Source of the DNA: an uncultured Peptostreptococcaceae bacterium
GTDB taxonomy: Bacteria; Bacillota; Clostridia; Peptostreptococcales; BM714
Reading direction: 5' to 3'
Length of the DNA: 64,000 nucleotides
NCBI GenBank assembly: GCA_964617505.1
Contig: CAZTZB010000006.1
Coordinates: 2,551-66,550, forward strand
Made by a program: the position numbers and the translations under genes
Notes under the pieces: generated by a model
The model's input: the letters and a program-made list of their open reading frames with translations, nothing else
What the model was told of the DNA's origin: nothing
Database searches by the model: none
In this document: piece by piece, positions 10,733-20,727 of the stretch
How the letters are laid out: each line of letters starts with the position of its first letter
Numbering within the stretch: the first letter of the stretch is position 1

Positions 10733-11179
10733 TTAAGCTTCCACTACCCGCACCTTAAGTTTTGCAATAACCTCGGGATGAAGCTTGATTTCAACCTCGT
10801 GCAAACCCATTTCCTTTATGTGTCCCTCCATCATTATTTTTCTTTTATCAATAACAATCTTATGGTCTTTCTTGAGCGCCTTAGCTATATCCATCGATGT
10901 TATGGATCCAAAAAGTCTACCACCTTCTCCGGCCTTTCCCTTTACATCAATCTCAAGATTGGATAAAAGTAGTTTCATTTCCTTAGCTTGTTCAAGCAGC
11001 TCCTGTTCTCCTCTAACCTTGGCGGCTTTTTTCCTGTTAAGTACGTTAACATTGCCCTGAGTAGCCTCTTTTGCCAATCCTCTTGGCAAGAGGTAGTTTC
11101 TGGCATGCCCATCGCTGGCATTTATTATTTCCCCTTTATTTCCTGTTCCCTTTATATCCTTTAGCAATATTACCTTCAT
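10733..11179 (-). CDS. rplI: 50S ribosomal protein L9
   Basis: [19 protein letters not shown]...NYLLPRGLA is typical L9. The ATG at 11179 follows a GGAGGA RBS. Confidence 0.95.
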   Translation of the reverse strand: MKVILLKDIKGTGNKGEIINASDGHARNYLLPRGLAKEATQGNVNVLNRKKAAKVRGEQELLEQAKEMKLLLSNLEIDVKGKAGEGGRLFGSITSMDIAKALKKDHKIVIDKRKIMMEGHIKEMGLHEVEIKLHPEVIAKLKVRVVEA

Positions 11180-11181
11180 CT

Positions 11182-13173
11182 TCAACCTTCCTCCTTCTCA
11201 AGATACTCGTCAATGGCAGCGAGCAACATTTTTCTAGCTTCTTCCGGCATTATCCCCTCAATTTGGGCTCCGGCAACGGTAAGGTGGCCTCCACCTCCCA
11301 ATTTTTCAAGTATGACCTGCACGTTAATATCTCCCAATGACCTACCGCTAATCAATATTTGTCCATCTTTCTTGGCTCCAATTACAAAAGATGTATTTAT
11401 CTCTTTTATATTCAAGAGGGTATCAGCCGCTTGCGCAATGACCAGTTGAACGTTTCCTTCGCATTCTGCACACACCGATATTGCAATTCCATCACGAATA
11501 ATTTCAGCTTTTCGAACTATTTCCGCCCTTGAAACAAAAAGCTGCAAATCATCCTTAAACAATTGTCTTACCTCTGTAGTATCAGCTCCAGCCCTTCTTA
11601 AGAATGATGCAGCTTCAAAGGTCCTAACCCCTGTCTTTAACGAGAAATTCTTTGTGTCTACCATAATTCCTGCCATAAGAGCTTCAGCTTCAATTTTCTC
11701 AAGTGTCATCCGTTCTTCTATATACTGCAGAATTTCCGTAACCAATTCGCTGGCTGATGACGCATATGGTTCAAGATATCTAAGCACTGTGTTTTCAATG
11801 AATTCTGTTCCTCTTCTATGATGGTCTATCAATACGATTCTGTCCGTCAATTCCAGGAGTTCCGGACATTGCACAAAACTCGGTCTGTGGGTATCGACTA
11901 CAAGCAGCAAAGTCTTCTCGTCGCATATCTCCTTGGCCCTTTGGGGTTTCACGAATGCATAAGCCTTGTTGTTCCTAAATTTATCATAAATGGCCGCTAT
12001 GTTGTCTTCCTCTCCATTCATTACTATGAAAGCGTCTTTACCTCTGTTTAAAGCCATTCTATATACCCCTATGGATGCTCCGAAACTGTCCATATCGGGT
12101 ATCTTGTGTCCCATTATTATGATTTTGGAGCTTTGGTCAATCAATTGTTTCAATGCATGAGAGACAACCCTTGCTTTTACCTTGTTTCTTTTTTCTAGCG
12201 CCTTTGTCTTTCCACCGTAGAAATCGAAAAGTGCCTCCTTCTTTACAACAGCCTGATTACCGCCCCTTCCCAATGCAAGCTCTAGGGCAGCGACCGAGTC
12301 CTCTTCCAATTGTCCGAAGTTGCCTTTTCTGAACGTAGCGCCTATGCTAAGGGTTACCGGAATCTTGTTGCCTTGGTCAATCTCCCTGATTTCATCGAGA
12401 ATATCAAATTTTTTAGCAATCTGGTTTTCCAAGTAGCGCGAATCAAAAAATAAAACATATTTATCCTTTTGCTGTTTTTTGATTATCCCATTCATCCTGC
12501 TAGCCCAAAGGCCAAGCCGTCTATCTATTTCTGCTATGACAAGCGGTCTTTTGCCTTCTTCAGTGCTGCTAATTACATCGTCGTAATCATCCACCTCTAT
12601 CTGCACCAAAGCCGTTTGCTCCTCTTCGTACCTAACTGACAATTTACTTAGTTCTGTACGGTCTATAAAATAAAGAATAACTATGTATCTGTCTTTGTCA
12701 GCTTTTACAACATTGTAAAGAGTCTGATACAGTCTTCCTTTTATTGTAAATTTTATATCCCGTCCAGAGTCAGTGTCTTCCTTAAGCACTTCCGAAATCT
12801 TAAACCCCGGAATAATTTCCTCAATATTCCTTTCAAGCAAATCCTTTTCTTTTACTACTTCCGAAAATTTGGAATTGTACCAAGTTACCTTGCCATCCAA
12901 TTCAAGAATTATCAAGGGAACCGGAAGATTTAGAATGGCGTATTTTGAAGCCGAATCAATTTCCGAAGACAGGCTTTCAATGTAGTGAGTCCATTTCTTC
13001 TTTCTTTTGTAGCTCGTGGTCCAATTATAGTAAATTAGGTAGATGAGCAATACCAATCCCATAATGCCGTATACCTTATCATATGCGAAAATAACCAATG
13101 CAAGAATGCCAATTATCCATAAATATATCTTCGTATCTGGAACCAATGCCTTGAAAAACCTATTTCTATTCAT
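11182..13173 (-). CDS. gdpP: GdpP/YybT-type DHH-DHHA1 phosphodiesterase (c-di-AMP phosphodiesterase)
   Basis: It has two N-terminal TM helices, a PAS-like region and a degenerate GGDEF region, followed by DHH (DTHR...IDHHRR) and GGGH motifs. It sits in the conserved position between yybS and rplI. Confidence 0.85.
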   Translation of the reverse strand: MNRNRFFKALVPDTKIYLWIIGILALVIFAYDKVYGIMGLVLLIYLIYYNWTTSYKRKKKWTHYIESLSSEIDSASKYAILNLPVPLIILELDGKVTWYNSKFSEVVKEKDLLERNIEEIIPGFKISEVLKEDTDSGRDIKFTIKGRLYQTLYNVVKADKDRYIVILYFIDRTELSKLSVRYEEEQTALVQIEVDDYDDVISSTEEGKRPLVIAEIDRRLGLWASRMNGIIKKQQKDKYVLFFDSRYLENQIAKKFDILDEIREIDQGNKIPVTLSIGATFRKGNFGQLEEDSVAALELALGRGGNQAVVKKEALFDFYGGKTKALEKRNKVKARVVSHALKQLIDQSSKIIIMGHKIPDMDSFGASIGVYRMALNRGKDAFIVMNGEEDNIAAIYDKFRNNKAYAFVKPQRAKEICDEKTLLLVVDTHRPSFVQCPELLELTDRIVLIDHHRRGTEFIENTVLRYLEPYASSASELVTEILQYIEERMTLEKIEAEALMAGIMVDTKNFSLKTGVRTFEAASFLRRAGADTTEVRQLFKDDLQLFVSRAEIVRKAEIIRDGIAISVCAECEGNVQLVIAQAADTLLNIKEINTSFVIGAKKDGQILISGRSLGDINVQVILEKLGGGGHLTVAGAQIEGIMPEEARKMLLAAIDEYLEKEEG

Positions 13174-13188
13174 GCCTTCACCTCCACG

Positions 13189-14133
13189 TCAGTCTTTTTT
13201 CAATTCAAATCGTCTTATGTTAATAATGGAATCCACAAGTCCCAATATTACCGCCATTATTGAAAATGTAGGCAAAATCATGAACGTTATGCAAATCATT
13301 GCCTTGAAAAACTTTGGCAAACTGAATTTTTCCATAAAAAACATAATAACAGCAAGCCCCTGCAACAGAAACGCTATTTGAAAAAGATAAAAAACATTGA
13401 GGAAAAGCGCCTCGCCGTTTACAATATTCATGCGGGAAGCCCCATAAGAAAGCGTTATTATGACCAAAAGCCCCATCATTATATTTTTTGGCAAACTGAA
13501 TTTGCCGAATTTCCCAAGTGTTTGGAATTTGAAACCAGTTCTCCTAAGTATGATTCCTGCTACAATATAATTTATACATGCAGATCCTATGGAACCGAAA
13601 ATAAGGCTAGACGGTATCAGTGTAAGAATAGTGCTTTTCATAATCTCAAGATTTCTTATTATTTCAGCCGTGCCGCCTCCATCGCCAAGAAAGGCTTTCT
13701 GGTATTCAACAACCCCGGTAAACACTTCCTCCAATTGAAGCAGCGTATTTACTCCCATTATATATGTCGAGACGGCAAAGGTTAAAAGTATTGCCACAAG
13801 CGATGCCGCCGACCCCGCAATCAAAATATGACGCACCTCTCTGCCCTTCTTTATCATCGTCCCCATAACGGAAGCATTTATACCTGAAATCAATGCTATA
13901 TATATCCCAACTAGCGGGCTTGAAAAACTGCCAATGATTATAGATGCAGCAGTTACTGCTAGCATTGTGTGCTTAAGATCATGCCTGACCGCAACTATTA
14001 TAAATGGAACGGGTATGAAAATCATAAAGAATGATAAAAATGGTATATAAAAACCTGCGATTACAAAGATGACCGCTATTATTGAAAGCATAGCCGACTC
14101 CACAAGCGCTTTTGTGTTTTCTCCTGTATTCAA
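13189..14133 (-). CDS. yybS: YybS-family (DUF2232) polytopic membrane protein
   Basis: It is multi-TM and occupies the conserved rpsR-yybS-gdpP-rplI position. Confidence 0.7.
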   Translation of the reverse strand: MNTGENTKALVESAMLSIIAVIFVIAGFYIPFLSFFMIFIPVPFIIVAVRHDLKHTMLAVTAASIIIGSFSSPLVGIYIALISGINASVMGTMIKKGREVRHILIAGSAASLVAILLTFAVSTYIMGVNTLLQLEEVFTGVVEYQKAFLGDGGGTAEIIRNLEIMKSTILTLIPSSLIFGSIGSACINYIVAGIILRRTGFKFQTLGKFGKFSLPKNIMMGLLVIITLSYGASRMNIVNGEALFLNVFYLFQIAFLLQGLAVIMFFMEKFSLPKFFKAMICITFMILPTFSIMAVILGLVDSIINIRRFELKKD

Positions 14134-14223
14134 ATCCGTTTCACTCCCTTAATTATACTTCTTATCTTACACGGTTAGTTGAATTTTAACATTATTCGAG
14201 TCTCTATTCAAATTACTTCTTGT

Positions 14224-14258
14224 AATAAATAGGGAGAAGTGTCTGAACACTTCTCCCG
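14224..14258 (-). terminator. Hairpin terminator after rpsR
   Basis: Minus strand reads GGGAGAAGTGT-TCAG-ACACTTCTCCC followed by a U-rich TATTTATT. Confidence 0.45.
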
Positions 14259-14265
14259 AAAAAAA

Positions 14266-14502
14266 CTAGTTTACTGTGAAAGGTAGCAAAGCCATGATTC
14301 TTGCACGCTTTATCGCTTTGGTCAACTCTCTTTGATGTTTTGCACAGTTTCCGGAAATTCTTCTCGGAAGAATTTTCCCTCTTTCTGTGATGTATCTTTG
14401 GAGACGCTTTGTATCTTTGTAATCTATGCTAGTCGTTTTATTTGCACAGAAAGAGCAAATTTTCTTTCTCTTCCTGCCGCCTTTTTTCTTAATAAATGCC
14501 AT
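14266..14502 (-). CDS. rpsR: 30S ribosomal protein S18
   Basis: [15 protein letters not shown]...[18 protein letters not shown] is typical S18. Confidence 0.95.
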   Translation of the reverse strand: MAFIKKKGGRKRKKICSFCANKTTSIDYKDTKRLQRYITERGKILPRRISGNCAKHQRELTKAIKRARIMALLPFTVN

Positions 14503-14520
14503 TATATTTTCCCTCCTTTT

Positions 14521-14985
14521 TTAGAATGGGATGTTGTCGTCCTCAAGTTCCTTGAAGTCGTCTTCAAATTCGCTTGCGCTCATTCCGAATTCATCCTTTG
14601 TGCCTTGTTTTTTCGATTCATTTGATGACTTGTTGCTATTCCATTCGAGAATATCAACGCCACCATAGGCATCGGCTCTAACATCTGTCGTATAGACAGT
14701 TTTGCCGTCCTTATCTTTATAAGTACCTGTCTCTATAGATCCCTTAATAGCCACCAAGCTGCCTTTCGACAGATAGTTGGCACTTATCTCTGCGGATTTT
14801 CCCCAAACAACTACTCTAATGAAATCGGCGGTAGGCTTATTCATCTGTTCCATTTCCCGCTTTTTTTCCTTGGAAAGCTTTCTATCGACAGCAAGGGTGA
14901 ACTTTGTCACTGCTGCGCCGCTTCCAGCTACAAATCTAAGTTCGGGGTCTCTCGTCAATCTGCCTATTAAAGTTACATTGTTCAT
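14521..14985 (-). CDS. ssb: Single-stranded DNA-binding protein
   Basis: MNNVTLIGRLTRDPELRF begins an OB fold, and the acidic C-terminal tip DDNIPF is present. Confidence 0.95.
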   Translation of the reverse strand: MNNVTLIGRLTRDPELRFVAGSGAAVTKFTLAVDRKLSKEKKREMEQMNKPTADFIRVVVWGKSAEISANYLSKGSLVAIKGSIETGTYKDKDGKTVYTTDVRADAYGGVDILEWNSNKSSNESKKQGTKDEFGMSASEFEDDFKELEDDNIPF

Positions 14986-15000
14986 AAAAACCCCCCTTAA

Positions 15001-15285
15001 TTATTCTTCGATTTTCATTACCATGTATCTCATAATATCCTCCGAAATCCCGAAATTTCTTTCGAGCTCCATTGGCAAGTCTTCAGGAGCTTTGAAATTC
15101 ATCAACACATAATATCCTTCTTTATGCTTTTGGATATCATAAGCAAGCTTTCTGATTCCCCATTCGTTGATTTCTGTCACTTCTCCGACAATCTCGACAA
15201 TCCCTTTGAATTTCTCGATGACTGCTTTTCGAGCCTCTTCTTCAAGAGTTGGATTGATGATGTAAAGAACTTCATACTTATTCAT
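15001..15285 (-). CDS. rpsF: 30S ribosomal protein S6
   Basis: MNKYEVLYII...WGIRKLAY is typical S6. Confidence 0.95.
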   Translation of the reverse strand: MNKYEVLYIINPTLEEEARKAVIEKFKGIVEIVGEVTEINEWGIRKLAYDIQKHKEGYYVLMNFKAPEDLPMELERNFGISEDIMRYMVMKIEE

Positions 15286-15352
15286 TTTAACACCTCCCTA
15301 TGGTCTGTGTGGCCCTGCTCAAGCAAGGCAGAGAGCTAGTCTCAGCTCGATT

Positions 15353-15381
15353 ATTATATCATGATGAATGTAGCAATTCAA
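15353..15381 (-). promoter_or_regulatory. Putative sigma-A promoter of the rpsF-ssb-rpsR operon
   Basis: Minus strand reads TTGAAT-N17-TATAAT. It leaves a 5' leader of about 60 nt before the rpsF ATG. Confidence 0.6.
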
Positions 15382-15390
15382 CAAAACATT

Positions 15391-15420
15391 AAAAAAACCG
15401 CTTAAAAAGCGGTTTTTTTA
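15391..15420 (-). terminator. Bidirectional-type rho-independent terminator after the aminotransferase gene
   Basis: The sequence is AAAAAAACCGCTTAAAAAGCGGTTTTTTT. Confidence 0.8.
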
Positions 15421-15445
15421 GCAATCGATTCGATTTTTTAATCTT

Positions 15446-16618
15446 TTATGCTTTCATTGCTTCTTTTATTACTTCTCCCAATCTCTTAATTCCTTCTACA
15501 ATTTTTTCCTCTGTCATATTGGAATAATTAAGTCTGAAGGAATTTTTCTTATCTCCTGCCGGATAGAAAGATCCGCCCGGAACATAGGCGACATGCTTCT
15601 CAAGAGCCTTGTATGAAAGCTCTTTTGTGTCAATGTTTTCGGGAAGAGTAACCCAAAGGAACAATCCGCCTTCCGGATATGTATGGGTTACACCTTCAGG
15701 GAAATACTTGTCTATTGCCTCAAGCATTAGATCTCTTCTTCCTCTATATACATTTTTTATATTCTCAATATGTCCTGCAAAGTCATAGTTCGTTACAAAC
15801 TCATGAATTTCCCTTTGCGCCAAGCTATTTGTTTGAAGATCCGCTCCCTGTTTTACGAGGATGTATTTGTTTAATATTTCATCTGAGGCCTGAACCCATC
15901 CAATTCTGAGTCCGGGACAGAATGTTTTAGAGAATGTCCCAAGGAAAATAACTCTTCCTTCAGTATCAAAGCTCTTGAGTGAAGGAGGTCTTACGCCTTC
16001 AAATCGAAGTGCTCCATAAGGATTGTCTTCAATTACCGGCAAATCGTATTCATTTGCCAATTCCATGAAGCGCTTTCTTCTTTCTACAGACCAAGTTCGT
16101 CCGGTCGGATTTTGAAAATCCGGGATAACATAAATCATTCTAGCTCTTGGAGTCTCTTTGAGAATTCTCTCCAGGTCTTCCATTATCATTCCGTTCTCAT
16201 CTGTTTCAACTTCCACAAAATCAGCCTCGTATGCCTTAAATGCGTTAAGTGCTCCAAGATAACTCGGGCTTTCGCATATAATGACATCTCCCGGATTTAT
16301 GAATATTTTTGCGCTGAAATCAAGCCCCTGCTGAGATCCGCTTGTTATTACAACATTATCAGCCGTGCATTCAAAGTCCCCCATATCGCAAATTGCTTCA
16401 CGAAGCGGTATGTATCCTTCAGTAGGACTATATTGAAGCGCCGTTTCCCCTTGCTCATTCATTATTTTTGTGACGATTGCCTTCATCTGCTCAACCGGAA
16501 ACAACTCAGGAGCTGGCAGGCCTCCCGCAAAAGAAATTATTTCAGGTCTTGTTGTCAATTTAAGCAATTCACGAATTTCCGAAGCTTTTATTTTACCCAT
16601 GCGATCCGCATATTTCAT
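15446..16618 (-). CDS. PLP-dependent aminotransferase, class I/II fold
   Basis: The pyridoxal-lysine region is TFSKTFCPGLRIGW. NPTGR and DNPYG are also present, consistent with the ARO8/LysN-like subgroup. Confidence 0.8.
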   Translation of the reverse strand: MKYADRMGKIKASEIRELLKLTTRPEIISFAGGLPAPELFPVEQMKAIVTKIMNEQGETALQYSPTEGYIPLREAICDMGDFECTADNVVITSGSQQGLDFSAKIFINPGDVIICESPSYLGALNAFKAYEADFVEVETDENGMIMEDLERILKETPRARMIYVIPDFQNPTGRTWSVERRKRFMELANEYDLPVIEDNPYGALRFEGVRPPSLKSFDTEGRVIFLGTFSKTFCPGLRIGWVQASDEILNKYILVKQGADLQTNSLAQREIHEFVTNYDFAGHIENIKNVYRGRRDLMLEAIDKYFPEGVTHTYPEGGLFLWVTLPENIDTKELSYKALEKHVAYVPGGSFYPAGDKKNSFRLNYSNMTEEKIVEGIKRLGEVIKEAMKA

Positions 16619-16668
16619 CTAATAAAGCACCTCCACTAATTTTTTAAAAATGGTTGCCCGACCTATTC

Positions 16669-16697
16669 AATTATATCACCGGAACCTGCGTTTTCAA
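16669..16697 (-). promoter_or_regulatory. Putative sigma-A promoter of the aminotransferase gene
   Basis: Minus strand reads TTGAAA-N17-TATAAT, about 50 nt upstream of the ATG. Confidence 0.5.
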
Positions 16698-16750
16698 AAG
16701 GATTTCAGTATACTTGTATGAATTTCGAATTAAATTAAGTAGATATTCAA

Positions 16751-16942
16751 TTATTCCTGCTTTCGCTCAACTTTCTTTATTCTCTTTTCCAATTTGATAC
16801 GGGGAATCCATATTTCCTTTTGGCATTTCTGGCATTTTATTCGAAAATCCATCCCAGTTCGTACCACTTCAAAAACATTGCCTCCGCAGGGATGATTCTT
16901 CTTAGTCGTAATCAAATCGCCCTTTTTCAAATCCATGGCCAT
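16751..16942 (-). CDS. DUF951-family small protein
   Basis: This 63-aa protein carries KKNHPCGGN...RIKCQKCQKEIWIPR, the pattern typical of DUF951. Confidence 0.65.
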   Translation of the reverse strand: MAMDLKKGDLITTKKNHPCGGNVFEVVRTGMDFRIKCQKCQKEIWIPRIKLEKRIKKVERKQE

Positions 16943-16963
16943 AGAACCGCCCCTTTCTTAGTT

Positions 16964-17671
16964 TCAATTCAGTATAAATGTATATACCATTTGCAAAAGC
17001 AGATTATTCTCAAAGAATAGCACCGCAAATTTAGACGACTGCATTTGCGTCACAATATAACTTTCCGGAAAGCTTGAAGCAAGCGGAATCATTAATATTG
17101 CCAAAAGATAAATTACAAGCAGGCCTTCCACCAGCCCTATCAAGAGACCTCCCACATTTTTAAATGTCCTAACAACCGGAAGCGAAAACAGTTTGTCCAA
17201 AATCCATGCAATCAAAGCAACCGCTATTTTAACCGCAATAAAAATAAGCAGTATGCTCAAGGCATCTACAGCCAGTCTTGCAAAAGCTTCAGCAAACCTT
17301 GAAACAACATCGACGATAGCCTCTCCGGCATGATCCTTTATAACCTCACTGTTAAGAATCATTTCTTCGATTGTTTTGGGAAATCCCATTCCAATGGAAG
17401 GCGATTCTCCAGTAATTCCCCCTCCTTGCAAGATTCCGGGATTGGCCGCAGCATATTCCTCGAGACGGATGAAAACACCGCTTCGAATTTTTTCGAAAAT
17501 TCCAGTATTCTCACTTATATATACACTTACTTGAGGGTAATACATTTTTGCCGCCATGGCCGCAATTATAAATCCCAATAGCCCAAAAAGCATTCGAATC
17601 AAGCCCTTGTAAAAACCCAACAGAGCCATAAATGCAATCACTGCCAAAATAAAAATATCTGCCGTATTCAT
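16964..17671 (-). CDS. CvpA-family membrane protein
   Basis: The N-terminus DIFILAVIAFMALLGFYKGLIRMLFGLLGFIIA and the multi-TM layout fit CvpA. Confidence 0.7.
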   Translation of the reverse strand: MNTADIFILAVIAFMALLGFYKGLIRMLFGLLGFIIAAMAAKMYYPQVSVYISENTGIFEKIRSGVFIRLEEYAAANPGILQGGGITGESPSIGMGFPKTIEEMILNSEVIKDHAGEAIVDVVSRFAEAFARLAVDALSILLIFIAVKIAVALIAWILDKLFSLPVVRTFKNVGGLLIGLVEGLLVIYLLAILMIPLASSFPESYIVTQMQSSKFAVLFFENNLLLQMVYTFILN

Positions 17672-17685
17672 GTCATCCCTCCCGA

Positions 17686-18804
17686 TTAGTATATGTCGAT
17701 AATTTCCATATGATTATCGTAAACCAGCATTACCCTGTCTTCCGCAAGCCAGCCTCCACCTTCAATTTCAAAATCGGATTCTATCTTTCCTTTTAGCTTT
17801 CCATTGTCATCAAATATTGCAACGGATCTCTTCATGAATACCGCACCATACTTTCCGTTGAAGGAGACCCCTGTAGATATTTCATCCAGAGCTGTTTGTT
17901 TTGAAAAAATGCCGTCGTCGCCTATTCCGAAATACAAGATATCTCCATTTATATCTTCAACTATTACTGATACATAGCCCGAATCATCAAAGTCAGCTCT
18001 GGTAAGTTTGCCTTCAAGGTCTTCTTCCCACAACACATCTCCTTCCCTGGACATAGAAAAAACTCTATTTCCCGCAAGGGCTTTCAGATTATCGCTTAGC
18101 GTAAAGAATGTTCGAAATATTATTTCACCATCATAACGATTTCCAGCAATAACAATTCCATCGAGATTGTAAAAAAGTATGCTGCTGTAGTATTTTTCGT
18201 TATCTATGCTCAATGTAGAAACCGCAATTATATTCGAAGAATCAGAAATTGCCGCATCAAGTATATAGCCCTTCGGAATTGTTATTTCCGTAATGGTCTT
18301 TCCCTTGTCGTCAATAACATCCAGAAGATTTCCCTCTTGCCCGAAATAAAGCAAAAAATTCTCGCGGTTTTGATATAGACCACCGAGTGGAAATTCCTTT
18401 TCAAGGCTGTTTACAATTTCTCCTCCGTAATTCACTCTCCATAACTTACCCTGTTCAGTATCCGCCAAAACAATGTAGGTTTCATTTGCGAACAGTCTTG
18501 GATTTTCTGCTTCAATTGTTTTTTTCCAAACCGAGCCGCCTTCCAAGTCATAAAAAGTTAAAGCTCCATTGTCATACACCGCCAGTCCTTTCCCTTTTAT
18601 GGCTATCTCCGTTGAGTTTTCTCCTATATCAATTGCATAGATTCTTACAGGTTCAAAGCTTTTCAGAAACGGTATGTCGGGCAAGCTTCCTCCTGAAATA
18701 AAATACCATGCGCCAGCAGATACTAAGACGACAAATAGCAAAAGCCGCATCCATCGAACCCTTCTTTTTTTCTTTCGTCTGGCTTTTCTTTGTTCTAGAT
18801 TCAT
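17686..18804 (-). CDS. Membrane-anchored beta-repeat protein of unknown function (resembles DUF5711 family)
   Basis: It has a basic N-terminus (RKARRKKKRR), a single TM helix, and then a repetitive beta-strand-rich ectodomain. The family assignment is from memory only. Confidence 0.5.
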   Translation of the reverse strand: MNLEQRKARRKKKRRVRWMRLLLFVVLVSAGAWYFISGGSLPDIPFLKSFEPVRIYAIDIGENSTEIAIKGKGLAVYDNGALTFYDLEGGSVWKKTIEAENPRLFANETYIVLADTEQGKLWRVNYGGEIVNSLEKEFPLGGLYQNRENFLLYFGQEGNLLDVIDDKGKTITEITIPKGYILDAAISDSSNIIAVSTLSIDNEKYYSSILFYNLDGIVIAGNRYDGEIIFRTFFTLSDNLKALAGNRVFSMSREGDVLWEEDLEGKLTRADFDDSGYVSVIVEDINGDILYFGIGDDGIFSKQTALDEISTGVSFNGKYGAVFMKRSVAIFDDNGKLKGKIESDFEIEGGGWLAEDRVMLVYDNHMEIIDIY

Positions 18805-18835
18805 AGAATCCTCCGTTCCTGATTAAGCTTCATAT

Positions 18836-19111
18836 TTACTCTCTCCATGAAATCTCTTTAGGCTTAAAGTACTTTCCGTCTCCCATGTTGTATATCCTTA
18901 TCAATTCCCTGTCAATATCCATTATGCGCAATTCCTTTATTATCAAAGAAAGTTTTTCGCCGGATGTTTTTATTGAAAGGCCACAGCTTGCGGTAATGCT
19001 GCGGGGTGTAGGTATCATTTCAATCTCAATTATCCCCTTAAGCCTTCTCTCCACCTTTATTGCCAAATGAGTAGAATCAAATGCTATCGCAATGAATCCT
19101 CCTTCTGTCAT
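18836..19111 (-). CDS. DUF3343-domain small protein (putative Se/S carrier-like)
   Basis: It is 91 aa and its start overlaps the yedF-like gene stop by 4 nt. It is the usual partner of YedF-type genes. Confidence 0.55.
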   Translation of the reverse strand: MTEGGFIAIAFDSTHLAIKVERRLKGIIEIEMIPTPRSITASCGLSIKTSGEKLSLIIKELRIMDIDRELIRIYNMGDGKYFKPKEISWRE

Positions 19112-19701
19112 ATCCTTATAACCTTGGGTGCTTCATTTATTTTTTCAACTATATCGTACATATTGCTGACAATACCTATTCCTATATTTGCTTTTTCATT
19201 AAAATAGTCCAAACATGTTCCGCAAACCAGCATTTCAACACCTTTCGCTTGTAAAACTTTCAAGTCCTTAAGTACAGTCGATTCTTTAAGAGCAAGTCTA
19301 ATTCCACCGTTTAAGAAAAGCACTGCTTTGGGAAATGGCGCTGCTTCTGTAAGTGCATAGAAGTATCCCTTCATTAAAATCTCTCCCAATTCATCGGATC
19401 CGCTTCCCATCTTGTCAGATTCAATTAATAGCACCCAGTCTCCTGTTTCATCTTTTAATAAAGATGTTTTCTGTTTTTCATCAGTTTCTCCGTTTTTCCC
19501 AATTAGCTCAAGATAGATTCCATCTTCTCTTTTTTCTTCTGAAAATGAATATCCCTTTTTATCAGCCAAACGGCTTATATTTTTGCTCGCAATATCATTG
19601 TCTACAAGCACCAGTATCTCTGTTATTCCTTCTTCCATTATTTTTTTGGTTTCTATAACTGGTGCCGGACATGCCAATCCTCTTACATCAACTTTTTTCA
19701 T
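19108..19701 (-). CDS. yedF: YedF-type sulfurtransferase-like selenium metabolism protein
   Basis: The N-terminus is TusA-like (VDVRGLACPAPVIETKK), and a DsrE-like C-terminal half contains a CGTC motif. Confidence 0.7.
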   Translation of the reverse strand: MKKVDVRGLACPAPVIETKKIMEEGITEILVLVDNDIASKNISRLADKKGYSFSEEKREDGIYLELIGKNGETDEKQKTSLLKDETGDWVLLIESDKMGSGSDELGEILMKGYFYALTEAAPFPKAVLFLNGGIRLALKESTVLKDLKVLQAKGVEMLVCGTCLDYFNEKANIGIGIVSNMYDIVEKINEAPKVIRI

Positions 19702-19721
19702 ATTTTACCCCTCTTTTAAGT

Positions 19722-20597
19722 TTATGGAACAATTATTTTAATCGACAGTGGCAACAGATTGACTTCGACAGGACATTCTCCTATTATGTCCCCATCCGCA
19801 TTCAAAAGCACATTGTCACTTGATTTTACTAAAATTCTCTTTGCTCTAAATACCTTGACCTCTTCTCTGTCTACATGTTTTCCGCTAAAAACCATCGGAA
19901 ACAGTTTTAAAAATTTGATTCTTTTCAAAGCCTTGACTATGCATATTTGAAAATCTCCGCTGTCTACGGAGGCTCCTGGGGTTATTTTCATCCCCCCCCC
20001 GTAATACTTTCCATTTCCAAAGGCAACGAGCATGACTTTTCCGTTGAAAACGCCATCATCAGACTCCAAATGAATTTCCACAGGCCTATAGGTCATTAGC
20101 ATCTTTATGGTAGCAGCTACATATGCAAATGTCCCCGGCAGATACTTTTTTATTTTTTGTGTTTCCCGGGTAATCAAGGCGTCAATTCCGAAACTAAAAA
20201 CATTAATGAAGTAGCTGTCGTTTGCCTTTCCCAAATCCGTCCATTTCTCCTTGCCGCGATGAATCACATCCATTTGCTTTTTAAAATTCGTCGGAATGCA
20301 TATGGTTCTCGAAAAATCATTACCCGTACCGCAAGGAATGATTCCTACCGAAACTGATTCCCCATATACCCCATTTACGACCTCAAAAAGAGTTCCATCG
20401 CCACCCACCGAAATTATATGTGTAAAGCCCTCTCTACATGCCTTTCTCGAGAGAATTTCGCCGTGTCCCGGGTACTCGGTTTCAACTATTTTGTATTCAA
20501 TCTCATGTTTTTTTTCATAATCTTCAATTCTATCTCTATACTTCCTTCCCCGTCCTTTTCCAGCCGTAGGATTCAGCACAAAGCAATATTTGTCCAT
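19722..20597 (-). CDS. Diacylglycerol/lipid kinase family protein (YegS/BmrU-like)
   Basis: Motifs include NPTAGKG and GGDGT. I moved the start to the ATG at 20597 after a GAGGAG RBS; the track start is 20612. Confidence 0.8.
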   Translation of the reverse strand: MDKYCFVLNPTAGKGRGRKYRDRIEDYEKKHEIEYKIVETEYPGHGEILSRKACREGFTHIISVGGDGTLFEVVNGVYGESVSVGIIPCGTGNDFSRTICIPTNFKKQMDVIHRGKEKWTDLGKANDSYFINVFSFGIDALITRETQKIKKYLPGTFAYVAATIKMLMTYRPVEIHLESDDGVFNGKVMLVAFGNGKYYGGGMKITPGASVDSGDFQICIVKALKRIKFLKLFPMVFSGKHVDREEVKVFRAKRILVKSSDNVLLNADGDIIGECPVEVNLLPLSIKIIVP

Positions 20598-20680
20598 ATA
20601 ACAGCTCCTCATAAATGTCTCATTCTATTATATATTATGTGTTCCCTTTTTTCTAACAAGTATTTTAGAATTACCCAAGC

Positions 20681-20715
20681 AAAAAGAGCCTCGATGTGAA
20701 GAGGCTCTTTTTGTT
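20681..20715 (-). terminator. Rho-independent terminator closing the Mrp-like operon
   Basis: Minus strand reads AGAGCCTC-TTCACATC-GAGGCTCT followed by TTTTT. It lies 12 nt after the last stop codon. Confidence 0.8.
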
Positions 20716-20727
20716 TCACTTTCTATA

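Noticed and set aside
11101-11115. TGGCATGCCCATCGC on the plus strand is a -24/-12-like match with correct GG/GC spacing.
   Set aside because: It lies inside rplI, antisense to the coding strand. No gene lies downstream in that orientation and the -12 region is imperfect. It is most likely a chance match.
20461-20474. Other CCCGGG-centred sequences, such as GTGTCCCGGGTACT here and TGTTCCCGGGCGCA near 56052, considered as Noc-binding-site candidates.
   Set aside because: The flanks match the ATTTCCCGGGAAAT consensus poorly. Only 20161..20174 was kept, and that as a low-confidence candidate.
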